A model generated the notes under the pieces. That model saw only the letters and a program-made list of their open reading frames with translations, did no database searches and was not told where the DNA came from. Shown here one piece after another: positions 19,740 through 31,054 of a stretch of 64,000 nucleotides of DNA (the stretch's first letter is position 1; every line of letters starts with the position of its first letter). The DNA comes from Anaerolineae bacterium (GTDB lineage Bacteria > Chloroflexota > Anaerolineae > S140-20), in NCBI GenBank assembly GCA_027021705.1, contig JALUTT010000099.1, positions 44,974-108,973 of the forward strand, written 5' to 3'. The position numbers were made by a program, and so were the translations under genes.

Positions 19740-20762
19740 TTATGCGAATAGCGCTTGGTTGTCCACTACCCAACGGTAGAGCCGTTCGACACCCTCCTCG
19801 ACGCCGATCCGGGGCACCCACCCCAGCTCTCGGCGGGCCTTGCCGATGTCGGAGACGTAGATCCGCTGATCGCCGGGCCGCCAATCCCCATAGCGGACGG
19901 GGATCTCCCGCCCCATCAGCCGCTCCAGCAGCGGGCCGAACTCCGCCCAGACGGCCATCGTGTGCTCCGGCCCCCCGCCCACATTGTAGACCTGTCCGGC
20001 GGCCACCTCGATCCGCTCCACCGCCCGGTCGTACAGGTCCAGCAGGTCGTCAATGAAGAGCAAGTCCCGCACCTGCTTGCCGTCGCCGTAGATGGTGATG
20101 GGGCGGCCCATCACGGCGGCGATGACGAACCAAGCCACCCACCCTTGGTCCTCCACGCCGAACTGCCGGTATCCGTACACGCACGACTGCCGGAAGACGA
20201 CGGTCCGCAGGCCGTAGATGCGGGCGTAGTCGCGGGTGTACTGGTCCCCGGCCCCCTTGGAGCAGCCGTAGGGGGAGTGGAAGTCCAGGGGCATCGTCTC
20301 GGGAATCCCCTGGGGGTAGTCCCGGTAGCGGTAGCGGGTCGCCTCCTCGAGGACGACCACCTCCTCCATCCCGCCGTAGACCTTGTTGGTCGAGGCGTAG
20401 AGGACGATGGGGTCCGATCCGGCGTGGCGGGCCGCCTCCAGGACGTTGAAGGTCCCCAGGGCGTTGACCTCGAAGTCGGTGCGGGGGTCGGCGACCGAGG
20501 TCGTGACGGCCACCTGGGCCGCCAGGTGGTAGATCACGTCCACGCCTCGGCTGACCTCCGCCAGCGTCGGATAGTCCCGCACGTCCCCCTGCACCAGCCG
20601 GAAGCTGTCCACGCCGTGGCGCTCCCGCAGCCAGGCCAGGTTCTTCTCCGTCCCGCGCCGGGAGAGGTTGTCGTAGATGATCACCTCCTCCCCCCGCCCG
20701 ATGAGCCGGTGGGCCAGGTTGGCTCCGATGAAACCCGCACCTCCTGTGATCAGTGCTTTCAT
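19740..20762 (-). CDS. NAD-dependent epimerase, CDP-paratose 2-epimerase-like
   Basis: TGGAGFIG, HLAAQVAVTTS, STNKVYG, SPYGCSKG, EDQGWVAWF. Confidence 0.88.
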   Translation of the reverse strand: MKALITGGAGFIGANLAHRLIGRGEEVIIYDNLSRRGTEKNLAWLRERHGVDSFRLVQGDVRDYPTLAEVSRGVDVIYHLAAQVAVTTSVADPRTDFEVNALGTFNVLEAARHAGSDPIVLYASTNKVYGGMEEVVVLEEATRYRYRDYPQGIPETMPLDFHSPYGCSKGAGDQYTRDYARIYGLRTVVFRQSCVYGYRQFGVEDQGWVAWFVIAAVMGRPITIYGDGKQVRDLLFIDDLLDLYDRAVERIEVAAGQVYNVGGGPEHTMAVWAEFGPLLERLMGREIPVRYGDWRPGDQRIYVSDIGKARRELGWVPRIGVEEGVERLYRWVVDNQALFA

Positions 20763-20792
20763 CTCCGATGTTCCCTCAGATGGGATGATCCC

Positions 20793-21824
20793 TCACTCTG
20801 CCTGGACCTTGGCCTGGAGCCCCCGCCAGGAGAGGCTACGTCGGGCCAGGACGACCAACCCCCAGAGGCAGAGGGCGACGTACTGAAAGGTGTGGAGCAC
20901 CAAGGCAAAGCTGACCGCCTGGGCCTTCGACACCCCAAAGGGCGTGACCAGTGCCTCTCGGGCCAGGACGTGGTAGACCCCCAGGCTGCCGGGCGAGGCG
21001 GGGATGGCCAGCCCCAGGTTGGTCAGGACGAGGACCAGGCCGCCCGCCGTCAGAGGAGGGTGAGACCAGAAGGCGGTCAGGGTGAAGTAGGGGATGCCCA
21101 GGGCCGAGAGCCAGACCATGGCGGACCAGAAGAAGATGGCCCCCATCCGCCGCTGCCGCAGGACGGCCAGGCCGGCGATTCCTCCCCACAACCACCGGAC
21201 CCACGCCTCGGGGTCCTGCCACCGCCAGCGCCGGAGGAGCGGAAGGCGTCCCCCCAGCCACCGCAAGGGTCGAAGCGCCGAAAGGCGGACCATCAGCCGC
21301 CGCAACAGCCGCTCCCCCCGCTCCCCCTGACCGGCCAACCAGACCAGCCCGATCAGCGTTCCCACCGCCGCGCCGCCGGCCACCAGCCCTGCCCGGACCA
21401 TCCAGACCGGCAGCGCCATCGCCAGCAGCAGCCCCACCATCATCAGGAAGACCATCAGCAGGTCCAACACCCGCTCGACGACGACGGTGGAGAGGGCCTG
21501 GGTCGCCGGAACCGGGGTCCAGAGGCCGATGAGGAAGGGGCGGACCAGGTCGCCGGCCCGGAAGGGGAGCACATTGCTGAAGAGGTAGCCCACCCCCATC
21601 GCGTCGGCGCTGGCCCGAAAGCCGACCTCGGGTCCCAGCAACCGTTGCCAGCGGATCACGCGGGCCGCCATCGAGAGGGCCAGGGCCAGAAAGGCGGGCA
21701 CCAGCGCCCGGTAGTCGGCCCCTGCCAGCGCTGCCCACAACTCCCGCCAGGCTACCCCCCGCATCGCCAGGAGCAGGGCCACCAGGCTGATGCCCATCCC
21801 TATCCAGAATCGCCGTTGTCGCAT
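20793..21824 (-). CDS. Lysylphosphatidylglycerol-synthase TM (UPF0104) flippase-like protein
   Basis: SNVLPFRAGD..R, VVERVLD, P.SPG.LG.YH motifs. Confidence 0.85.
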   Translation of the reverse strand: MRQRRFWIGMGISLVALLLAMRGVAWRELWAALAGADYRALVPAFLALALSMAARVIRWQRLLGPEVGFRASADAMGVGYLFSNVLPFRAGDLVRPFLIGLWTPVPATQALSTVVVERVLDLLMVFLMMVGLLLAMALPVWMVRAGLVAGGAAVGTLIGLVWLAGQGERGERLLRRLMVRLSALRPLRWLGGRLPLLRRWRWQDPEAWVRWLWGGIAGLAVLRQRRMGAIFFWSAMVWLSALGIPYFTLTAFWSHPPLTAGGLVLVLTNLGLAIPASPGSLGVYHVLAREALVTPFGVSKAQAVSFALVLHTFQYVALCLWGLVVLARRSLSWRGLQAKVQAE

Positions 21825-21919
21825 CGTCTTCCACGTTCTCGGTCAGGCCTTGGGATTCGGGAGGTGATTATACCATCGGGTCAGGGGATGGGCAACCGAG
21901 CCATCTTGGTGATTCCCCT

Positions 21920-22230
21920 CCGTTGACAGCCGTCCGTTTTAGAGCGGATAGCTGTCAGCGGATTTGGGAACGGATTGAGCGGATGGGAGACGCCCACTCC
22001 GTGAGCGGTTTATCACAATCCGTTAGATGAGATACTGGTACTTCTTCAAGGTGATGCTGACCGGTCGAATCGTTTCCTGCGGGAACGCTTCTCTCCGTTC
22101 AATCCGCTCTTAATCCGTTGACAGCAGTTCGTTTGGGAACGGAAGGCTGTCAGCGGATTTGGGAACGGATTGAGCGGATGGGAGACGCCCACTCCGTGAG
22201 CGGTTTATCACAATCCGTTGGATGAGGTAC
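21920..22230. mobile_element. Tandem copies of MITE-like element B
   Basis: GCTGTCAGCGGATTTGGGAACGGATTGAGCGGATGGGAGACG... at 21951 and 22146 (195-bp period), inverted arm at about 22095-22125. Confidence 0.7.
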
Positions 22231-23108
22231 TAGAGCGACTCCAACGACTCCAGGAAGACTCGGATGGCCTGGGCCGTCTCCCGGGGCCGCTCCATCGGCA
22301 CCAGGTGGCCCGCCTCCGGGATGACGACGAAACGGGTCTGGGGGACCAGGCGGGCCATCCTCGCCTGGCTGGCCGCCGGGAAGGTCCTGGAATGGGCTCC
22401 CCGCAGGACCAGCGTCGGGGTGCGGAGGCGGGGCACCGCCCGCCAGACATCGGTGGGTGCGGTGGCGAAGATGTGGGCCTCCCAGGCCGGCGGGTAGACC
22501 AGCTCCACCTGACCGTCGGCCCGCTCCCGCGTCCCGGCCTCGACGTAGGCCCGGAGGCTCTCCTCGGGCCAGGTGGCGAAGATGGACCGTCCCGCGTAGT
22601 GCTCGTAACAGGCCTGACGGCTGGGCCAGACCCGGCGGCGGCGCAGTGCCCCCTGCACCAGGGGCTGCCGGTGGCCCAGCCCCAGCCACCGCATCAGCCG
22701 CAGCAGCCACAGCCATCCCGGCGGCATCATCACCGGGTCTATGAGGACGATGGCGCGGAAGAGGTCGGGGCGACGGATGGCCGCCCAGAGGGTCAGCACC
22801 CCGCCCAGGGAGTGCCCCACCCCGACGATGCCCCGCAGCCCCAGTCCGTCCAGGCCGGCGATCAGATCGTCGGCCAGGGGGTGCCAGTCGGGGGCGCTCT
22901 CGGGCCGGCTGCCCGGCCAGAGGGGCCGAGAGGGCAGACCAAGGACGTGGTAGCGGTCGGTGAGGGCCTCGGCCAACGGACGGTAGGTTCCCGGCGGGAA
23001 GCCGTTGGCGTGGGCCAGGTGGATGACCGGCCCCTCCCCACCGAAGTCGTAGGGTGGGACCGGCGGTTCCGGGAAGGCGCGGGTGTCTTCAGGTTCCATA
23101 GCCTTCAT
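22230..23108 (-). CDS. Alpha/beta hydrolase
   Basis: HANGF, GHSLGG nucleophile elbow, GHLVPME catalytic His. Confidence 0.9.
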   Translation of the reverse strand: MKAMEPEDTRAFPEPPVPPYDFGGEGPVIHLAHANGFPPGTYRPLAEALTDRYHVLGLPSRPLWPGSRPESAPDWHPLADDLIAGLDGLGLRGIVGVGHSLGGVLTLWAAIRRPDLFRAIVLIDPVMMPPGWLWLLRLMRWLGLGHRQPLVQGALRRRRVWPSRQACYEHYAGRSIFATWPEESLRAYVEAGTRERADGQVELVYPPAWEAHIFATAPTDVWRAVPRLRTPTLVLRGAHSRTFPAASQARMARLVPQTRFVVIPEAGHLVPMERPRETAQAIRVFLESLESL

Positions 23109-23259
23109 TGTACACGATTCCCGGCCGACGGGCCAGGCCCCCAGGAAGACAGATCGCCCCCCCAATCCCCCCACGCCAACGCACCGGTGCCCCAGGCCGT
23201 CCCCGGACGGGGGATGGGCTGCACAACACGAGATCGGAGGCGGTGGCGACGGCGGCTGT

Positions 23260-24009
23260 CTACAGCAGGCCGACGGCCAGCTTGCCCGCGATGAGGAGAA
23301 GCACCACCCCGAACATCCGCTTGAGGTGACGGGGCTGCATCCGGGTGTGCATCACCCGGGCACCGGCCTGGGAGCCCACGATGACCGCCAGGGCTGTGAT
23401 CACCATCAACGGGCCGTCGAAGTGGCCCACCGCCAGGTGTCCCAGGAGGCCGCCGGCCGAGGAGAAGACGACGGCGAAGGCCGACGTGGCGGCAGCCACT
23501 TTGGTGGGATACCCCATCAGCATCAGCAGGGGGACGATGAGGAACCCCCCGCCGATGCCCAACAGGCCGGCGATGAACCCGATGCCCAGGCCCAGCCCCG
23601 CCCCCAGCACAGCCCGCTGTCGGACCGTGCCCCGCACCGCCTCGGGTTCGGCGCCACCGCTGAGCAGCAACATCCGCCCTCCCGCCAAGAGCACGGCCAG
23701 CGTGAAGAGCCCCAGCAACAGGCGGGTGGGCAGGAACTGGGTGACGTAGCCTCCCAGAGGCGCGGCGAGGGTTGACGTGACAACCAGCGGCAAGGCTATC
23801 CCCAGGTCAACCATGCGGCGGCGGTAGTAGACCCAGGCCGCCGAGGCCGCCGTCAGGCCGTTCAGCAGCAACCCCGTGGGGATCACCACGCTCTTGAAGT
23901 CATAGCCAAACCAAACGAGGAGGGGGTTGTAGACCATCGCTCCCCCCAGGCCCAGCATGGAGAAGAGAAAGGCAAGCCCTGTGATGAGCAAGGCGATGAA
24001 GATCAGCAT
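23260..24009 (-). CDS. TSUP (TauE/SafE) family sulfur-compound transporter
   Basis: Duplicated GLGGA / GIGGG..IVP motifs, A.ATS, 8 TM. Confidence 0.88.
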   Translation of the reverse strand: MLIFIALLITGLAFLFSMLGLGGAMVYNPLLVWFGYDFKSVVIPTGLLLNGLTAASAAWVYYRRRMVDLGIALPLVVTSTLAAPLGGYVTQFLPTRLLLGLFTLAVLLAGGRMLLLSGGAEPEAVRGTVRQRAVLGAGLGLGIGFIAGLLGIGGGFLIVPLLMLMGYPTKVAAATSAFAVVFSSAGGLLGHLAVGHFDGPLMVITALAVIVGSQAGARVMHTRMQPRHLKRMFGVVLLLIAGKLAVGLL

Positions 24010-24102
24010 CTCACCCTCCCACAAGCCCGGTCGGAAAAGAAAGGTGCAACGCACCTCTCCGGCGCGTTGCACCGGTCCGCTCTGCCCTTGGGTCCTCCCG
24101 CA

Positions 24103-24705
24103 TCACGCAGGATAGCCCGCGCAATCGAGGCACAGCGACCTCCCCTGCACGACCCGCAGGTAAGGTTCGGCGATCAACTCGCCACACTCGGGGCAGACGG
24201 CGAAGCGAACCACCTCCTCGGGCTCCTCCCAGGGGTAGTCCACCACCGGCCCTATGGTCATCACGTCCTCCTCGGGAGCCTCCCAGATCAGGTTGACCAG
24301 GTCCCACTGCTCTTCCTCGGGAATCTGGGTAGGCGGGATGCCGGCAGCCCGCTTCTGCATAAAGGCCGATGCCGCGATCTGCTTCTGGAGGGTGGGCTTG
24401 TAGCTGACGCGCACGGCCCGATGGCGGGCCTTGTCCACCAGGGTCAGGGCCAGTTTCCCCTTGGGACGCTTGGAGATGTTGCCTTTGCCGAAGGTACAGC
24501 CGGTGACGTATTGGACGCCATCGCCGAAACACATTGCGCCGTGATGGTTGCCGATCTCCACAATGGCGTGGAGGGACTTGGCCCCGCTGCGCTCCACGCC
24601 CAACGTCCGCATCGCGGCCAGGCCGATGCGCACCCCCACGGTGCTGGCCCAGCACTTATGGCCGTGGAACTTCAGGGCCTCTTCCAGAATCTGACGCGAG
24701 TCCAT
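24103..24705 (-). CDS. FmdE family protein with C-terminal zinc finger
   Basis: FHGHKC, CFGDGVQ.VTGCT.GKGN, CPECGE...CLDC. Confidence 0.9.
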   Translation of the reverse strand: MDSRQILEEALKFHGHKCWASTVGVRIGLAAMRTLGVERSGAKSLHAIVEIGNHHGAMCFGDGVQYVTGCTFGKGNISKRPKGKLALTLVDKARHRAVRVSYKPTLQKQIAASAFMQKRAAGIPPTQIPEEEQWDLVNLIWEAPEEDVMTIGPVVDYPWEEPEEVVRFAVCPECGELIAEPYLRVVQGRSLCLDCAGYPA

Positions 24706-24758
24706 CGTGACCTCCTTGTACAACGGATGAAGTGGCGGGGCGGAACAGACGCCGCTCC

Positions 24759-25295
24759 CTACGTCCGCGCTGGCGCGCTCAGAAGCAGGTCGCGCAGTGC
24801 GGCCAGTTGCTCGGCATACCGGGACTCCAAGAGGGGAGGACAGTCCTCGGGCTTTCGTTGGGCGGCCACCAGCTTCAGTGCGAAGGTGAAGCAGGTCGGC
24901 TCACCACACGCCTGACAGTTGGTCTGGGGCAGGAGCTGAAACACCTCCATCGGCGTGGGGGGACGCCGCGTCTCGTAAGAAGGCGTGATCTCATCCCGGC
25001 GCTCCCAAAGGCGGTTGATCCGCTCGATCACCCGCTCCAAGGCCGCTTGGGCGCTCTCCCGGTCCTGGACTTCGCTCACCAGGACCTCGTAAGGGTGGAC
25101 GGCGACCGTGTGCCCGTCCTCCTTCCAGGTCAGCGCCGGAGCACCGGGGTGGTAGATCGCGCCGCGCACCACGGCGTTGAGGTAGGGCAAAACCTCCCGG
25201 ATGTCGGTCCGCAGGCGTGCCCGGGCGCTAAAGCGCTCCGCCCCCGGCTCACACGGCGGCGTGAACAGTTCCAGGTCATACTCCTCGATCAGCAT
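24759..25295 (-). CDS. Fe-S-binding domain protein
   Basis: LPQTNCQACGEPTC.TFA...CPPL putative 4Fe-4S domain; N-terminal PPC.PG and LPYLNA. Confidence 0.8.
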   Translation of the reverse strand: MLIEEYDLELFTPPCEPGAERFSARARLRTDIREVLPYLNAVVRGAIYHPGAPALTWKEDGHTVAVHPYEVLVSEVQDRESAQAALERVIERINRLWERRDEITPSYETRRPPTPMEVFQLLPQTNCQACGEPTCFTFALKLVAAQRKPEDCPPLLESRYAEQLAALRDLLLSAPART

Positions 25296-25298
25296 AGG

Positions 25299-25556
25299 TC
25301 ACCCCTCATCGGCCAGCGCCTCCGACAACCAGCGCGTCAGGACCTCCCTGTCGGGGACTTCCCGCTGGCTCACCAGCCGACCGTTGATCACCAGGCCGGG
25401 CGTCGCCTCCACAGGGATGTGATGTCGGATCTGGCGCTCATCGTTCACCTTGACGACGGTGACATCCTCCCGCCCCAGCGCCCGCAGCACCTCGCCCACG
25501 AGGAGCTCTAGCTGGAGGCAGTTGTAACACCCCGTTCCCAAGATCTCCACCTTCAT
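25299..25556 (-). CDS. Small redox-active disulfide protein (thioredoxin-like)
   Basis: ILGTGCYNC ... TPGLVING. Confidence 0.88.
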   Translation of the reverse strand: MKVEILGTGCYNCLQLELLVGEVLRALGREDVTVVKVNDERQIRHHIPVEATPGLVINGRLVSQREVPDREVLTRWLSEALADEG

Positions 25557-25568
25557 AGCGCACCTCCT

Positions 25569-25916
25569 TCACACCGGCACGGCTTGCGAAGGCTCCTCCT
25601 GACAACAGGGGCAGGAACAGGCCGGCAGTCGTGCAGGCCCCCTGGCCGGCCCCAAGACTTCCTCCAGCAGCCGTGCCACCTGGTCGTCGGCCAGGCGGTA
25701 GAAGACGAAGGGGCCATCACGGTAGTTCTCGATGACCCCGGCCTCCCGCAGAACCCGCAACTGCTGGGAGATGTACGGCTGAGAGCGGCCCACCACCGCC
25801 TGGAGATGACACACGCAAGTCTCGCGCCGGCGCAGTTCGTCCAGGATCTGCAACCGGGCCGCGTGGGAGAGCACGTGGAACAGCCGAGCCCCTCGACGGT
25901 ACTTGTCAGCATCCAT
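25569..25916 (-). CDS. ArsR/SmtB family transcriptional regulator
   Basis: LSH.ARLQIL, CVCHL, SQQLRVLREAG; C-terminal CSCPCC. Confidence 0.9.
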   Translation of the reverse strand: MDADKYRRGARLFHVLSHAARLQILDELRRRETCVCHLQAVVGRSQPYISQQLRVLREAGVIENYRDGPFVFYRLADDQVARLLEEVLGPARGPARLPACSCPCCQEEPSQAVPV

Positions 25917-25945
25917 CCCCAAAGCACTCCTATGCAATCCCCTGC

Positions 25946-25965
25946 ATATGCATTACAATGCATAT
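25946..25965. promoter_or_regulatory. ArsR-type operator palindrome
   Basis: Perfect ATATGCATT-AC-AATGCATAT 30 bp upstream of the ArsR start. Confidence 0.7.
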
Positions 25966-26131
25966 CATAGCACTGTTTTCCCAAAGGGGAAGGGACGAAT
26001 GTCATCTCCCAGGGCTACGAATGTCACGTTCCCGCCGGCGATGCCCGCGCGACCCTCCGGGCGCGTGCGCCTACTCCGCTTGCAGGGGAGAGAGAGCCGT
26101 GTTACAATGAGGCCGTTCCGACCGCTGGTTA

Positions 26132-26270
26132 AGCGGCCTAGCGACCTAGCGGCCTAGCGGCCTAGCGGCATGACCGACCTCCGACGGCCGACCGCCGACC
26201 GCCGATCAAGCGGCCTAGCGGCGGACTGAGGACTGAGGACTGAGGACTGTGGACTGAGGACTGAGGACCA
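26132..26270. repeat. Composite simple repeats (AGCGGCCT, CCGACNN, GGACTGA)
   Basis: 8-mer and 7-mer tandem runs immediately upstream of glmS. Confidence 0.85.
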
Positions 26271-26285
26271 GGAGGCCAAAGGACT

Positions 26286-28133
<1,848 letters not shown>

Positions 28134-28234
28134 CGGCAGCCCTTGGGGTTGCCCGTGGGGCGAGGGGCAAGGCGACGAGGCGACGCAGGAGCAAGGCAAC
28201 GGGGCGACCAGGCAACGGGGCACCGAGGGATGAG

Positions 28235-29458
28235 GTGATGAAGGGGGGAGTGCGGATCGTGATGGTCGGTCCCTTCGGCCTGCGGCCCAAGGGGACGATG
28301 AGCGTTCGGGCCCTGCCCCTGGCCCGCGCCCTGGCCGACCGGGGCCACCAGGTCACGCTGCTCTTGCCTCCTTGGAGCTATCCCCAGGACAGCGGCCGGC
28401 GCTGGCAGGAGGAGGGCGTGACCGTCGAGAACGTCCCGCTGCCCCCCCTCCCCTCCTTCTGGCCCCTGACCCTCACCGGACGGCTGGTCCGGCGCGTCCT
28501 GGCCCTGCGCCCCCAGGTCGTCCACTGCTTCAAGCCCAAGGCCTACGCCGGTCTCGTCCACTACCTCCTCTGGTGGCGACGCCGCCTCCCCCCTGGGCGC
28601 GGGGGCCCCTCCCCCCGCCTGGTGGTGGACACCGATGACTGGGAGGGGCCGGGGGGCTGGAACGAGGTGGTGGACCCATCCACGGGCCGTCCCACCTACT
28701 CCTGGCCCCAGCGCCGTCTCTTCGCCTGGCAGGAGCGGTGGGGGCTGACCCACGCCGACCGGATCACCGTCGCCAGCCGGGACCTGGAGACCCTCGTCTG
28801 GAGCCTGGGCGTTCCCCCGGAGCGCGTCGTCTACCTGCCCAACGGCGTAGGCGTCCCGCCTCCCTCGGATCTTCGGCCCCGCCGACGGCAGGAAGGGCCA
28901 CCCACCCTCCTCCTCTACACCCGCTTCTTCGAGTTCGACCCCGCCCGCCCCCTGCGCGTCCTGCAACGGGTGCGGGAGGCGGTGCCCCAGGCCCGGCTCC
29001 TGGTCGTGGGGAAGGGGCTCTTCGGCGAGGAGCAGACGCTGCTCCGGCTGGCCCAGGAGATGGGGCTGACCCAGGCCGTCCACTACGCCGGATGGGTCGA
29101 GCCCCAAGCGCTGGGGGGCCCCTTCGCCGAGGCCGACCTGGCCCTCTACCCCTTCGACGACACCCTGATCAACCGGACCAAGTGTGCCGTCAAGCTGCTG
29201 GACCTGATGGCCTGGGGGCTGCCCGTCGTCGCCGACGCCGTCGGTGAGAACGCCCAGATGATCGTCCACGGCGAGAGCGGATGGCTGGTGCCGCCGGGGG
29301 ATGTGGAAGCGATGGCCACCGCCGTGATCCACCTGCTGCGACAGGCCCCGCTCCGACGGCGGCTGGGCGAGGGGGCTCGACGACGGGTGATGGCCCGCTA
29401 CACCTGGGAACACCTAGTCGCATACGCGGAGGAAGCTTATGGATTCACCCGCCGATGA
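28235..29458 (+). CDS. Glycosyltransferase family 4
   Basis: LA..GHQV, PNGV, K..VKLLDLMA.GLPVV...VG, GWLVPPGD. Confidence 0.88.
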   Translation: MMKGGVRIVMVGPFGLRPKGTMSVRALPLARALADRGHQVTLLLPPWSYPQDSGRRWQEEGVTVENVPLPPLPSFWPLTLTGRLVRRVLALRPQVVHCFKPKAYAGLVHYLLWWRRRLPPGRGGPSPRLVVDTDDWEGPGGWNEVVDPSTGRPTYSWPQRRLFAWQERWGLTHADRITVASRDLETLVWSLGVPPERVVYLPNGVGVPPPSDLRPRRRQEGPPTLLLYTRFFEFDPARPLRVLQRVREAVPQARLLVVGKGLFGEEQTLLRLAQEMGLTQAVHYAGWVEPQALGGPFAEADLALYPFDDTLINRTKCAVKLLDLMAWGLPVVADAVGENAQMIVHGESGWLVPPGDVEAMATAVIHLLRQAPLRRRLGEGARRRVMARYTWEHLVAYAEEAYGFTRR

Positions 29459-29822
29459 ATCGCTCCTTCGTCACCGGCTCCGCTTCTGGGGGCCTCCCAT
29501 CCTCTGGATGGGGCTCATCTTCTACCTCTCCGCCCAGCCTCAACTTCCCACCCTCGACGAGACCTGGCTCGACTTCCTGCTCAAAAAGGCGGGCCACATC
29601 GTCGTCTACGCCGTGCTGGCCTGGCTCCTGGTTCGCGCCTTGGTTCAAGAAGGGCCGGTCCAGCCCCGCCACCTCCGCCTCGCCCTCCTCCTCACCATCC
29701 TCTACGCCCTCTCCGACGAGCTCCACCAATCCTTCGTCCCCGGCCGCACCGCCCGGCTGCTGGACGTGGGCTTCGACACCTTGGGCGCCCTCCTGGCCCT
29801 GGCCCGTTTCCGCCGACTCTGA
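29439..29822 (+). CDS. VanZ family membrane protein
   Basis: W..LIFYLS, K.GH...YA.L, YALSDE.HQSFVPGR. Confidence 0.9.
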   Translation: MDSPADESLLRHRLRFWGPPILWMGLIFYLSAQPQLPTLDETWLDFLLKKAGHIVVYAVLAWLLVRALVQEGPVQPRHLRLALLLTILYALSDELHQSFVPGRTARLLDVGFDTLGALLALARFRRL

Positions 29823-29884
29823 CCCATTTCTAACGCGCCCTCGACAGCCCTCTCACCTTTGCCGAGTATCATAGGGACTTGGGG

Positions 29885-30072
29885 GGCGGCAAGGGACAAG
29901 GGGCAGGGGGCAAGGGGCAGGGGGCAGGGGGCAAGGGGCAGGGGGCAAGAAGAGGCAAGGGGCAGGGAGCAAGGGACCATCCGACCACCCGGCCACCCGA
30001 CCATCCGACCACCCGGCCACCCGACCATCCGACCACCCGACCACCTGACCAAGGGACCACTTGACCAAGGAG
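29885..30072. repeat. Composite simple repeats (GGGGCAA/G heptamers then GACCACCC-like octamers)
   Basis: Directly visible intergenic tandem runs. Confidence 0.88.
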
Positions 30073-30076
30073 CAAG

Positions 30077-31054
30077 ATGATCCTGGTCACCGGCGGTACC
30101 GGCTTCATCGGCTCGGCCCTGGTCCGGGCTCTGCTGCAGGAGGGCCATCGGGTGCGGGTGCTCACCCGCCGTCCCGACGGCCATCCTTTGCTCTCCCGGC
30201 CGGGCGTCGAGCCCTTCGTCGCCGACCTGACCGACCCGGCCTCGCTGACCGGCGTCGCCGAGGGGGTCGAAGCCGTCTTCCACCTGGCCGGTCTCCTAGG
30301 CGGGAAGAGCGCCGACCCGACCGCCTACGAGGCCCTACACGTCCGGGGCACCGGCCATCTGCTGGAGCAGTTCGCGGGCCGCTTCCTGGTGCGCTTCGTC
30401 CACTGCAGCACCACCGGCGTCCTCGGCCCCATCGCCCACCCGCCGGCCGACGAGAGCCGGCCTCCGCGCCCCTCCAACCTTTACGAGCGAACCAAGGCGG
30501 CGGGGGAACGGCTGGTCCTGGAGCGGGGGCGGCAGCAGGGCACGCCCGTCACCGTCATCCGGCCCGGGATGGTCTACGGGCCGGGGGACCTGCACCACCT
30601 GGGGCTCTTCCGGGCCGTTCAGCGCGGCTACTTCGTCCTCATCGGCGGTGGGCGCAGCACCCTCGATCCCGTCTACATCGCCGACGTGGTGCAGGGGCTG
30701 CGCCGGGCGCTGGAGAACGAGCAGGCGGTGGGCCAGGTCTACCACATCGCCGGCCCCCGCCCGGTCACCGTGCGGGAGCTGGCCGAGGCCATCGCCCGAG
30801 CCCTGGGCCGGCCCTTCCGCCCGCCGACGGTGCCCCGCCCGCTGGCCTTCGCCGGGGCCTGGCTGATGACCGGCCTGCTCCGCCCGTTGGGGGTCCAGCC
30901 CCCCCTCACGCCCGGCCGCGTCCGCTTCCTGACCGAGAACCGGGGCGTCTCCATCGAGAAGGCGCGGCGCGAACTGGGCTACGAGCCGGCCTACTCCCTG
31001 GAGGCCGGCCTGCGGGAGACCGTGGCCTGGTACCGCCGGCACGGATACCTGTGA
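30077..31054 (+). CDS. NAD-dependent epimerase/dehydratase
   Basis: TGGTGFIG, YERTK (YxxxK), RPG.VYGPGD. Confidence 0.9.
   Translation: MILVTGGTGFIGSALVRALLQEGHRVRVLTRRPDGHPLLSRPGVEPFVADLTDPASLTGVAEGVEAVFHLAGLLGGKSADPTAYEALHVRGTGHLLEQFAGRFLVRFVHCSTTGVLGPIAHPPADESRPPRPSNLYERTKAAGERLVLERGRQQGTPVTVIRPGMVYGPGDLHHLGLFRAVQRGYFVLIGGGRSTLDPVYIADVVQGLRRALENEQAVGQVYHIAGPRPVTVRELAEAIARALGRPFRPPTVPRPLAFAGAWLMTGLLRPLGVQPPLTPGRVRFLTENRGVSIEKARRELGYEPAYSLEAGLRETVAWYRRHGYL

Noticed and set aside
26100..26285. glmS ribozyme upstream of glmS
   Set aside because: The AGCGCC...GACGAGG core is not visible; the region is filled with simple repeats
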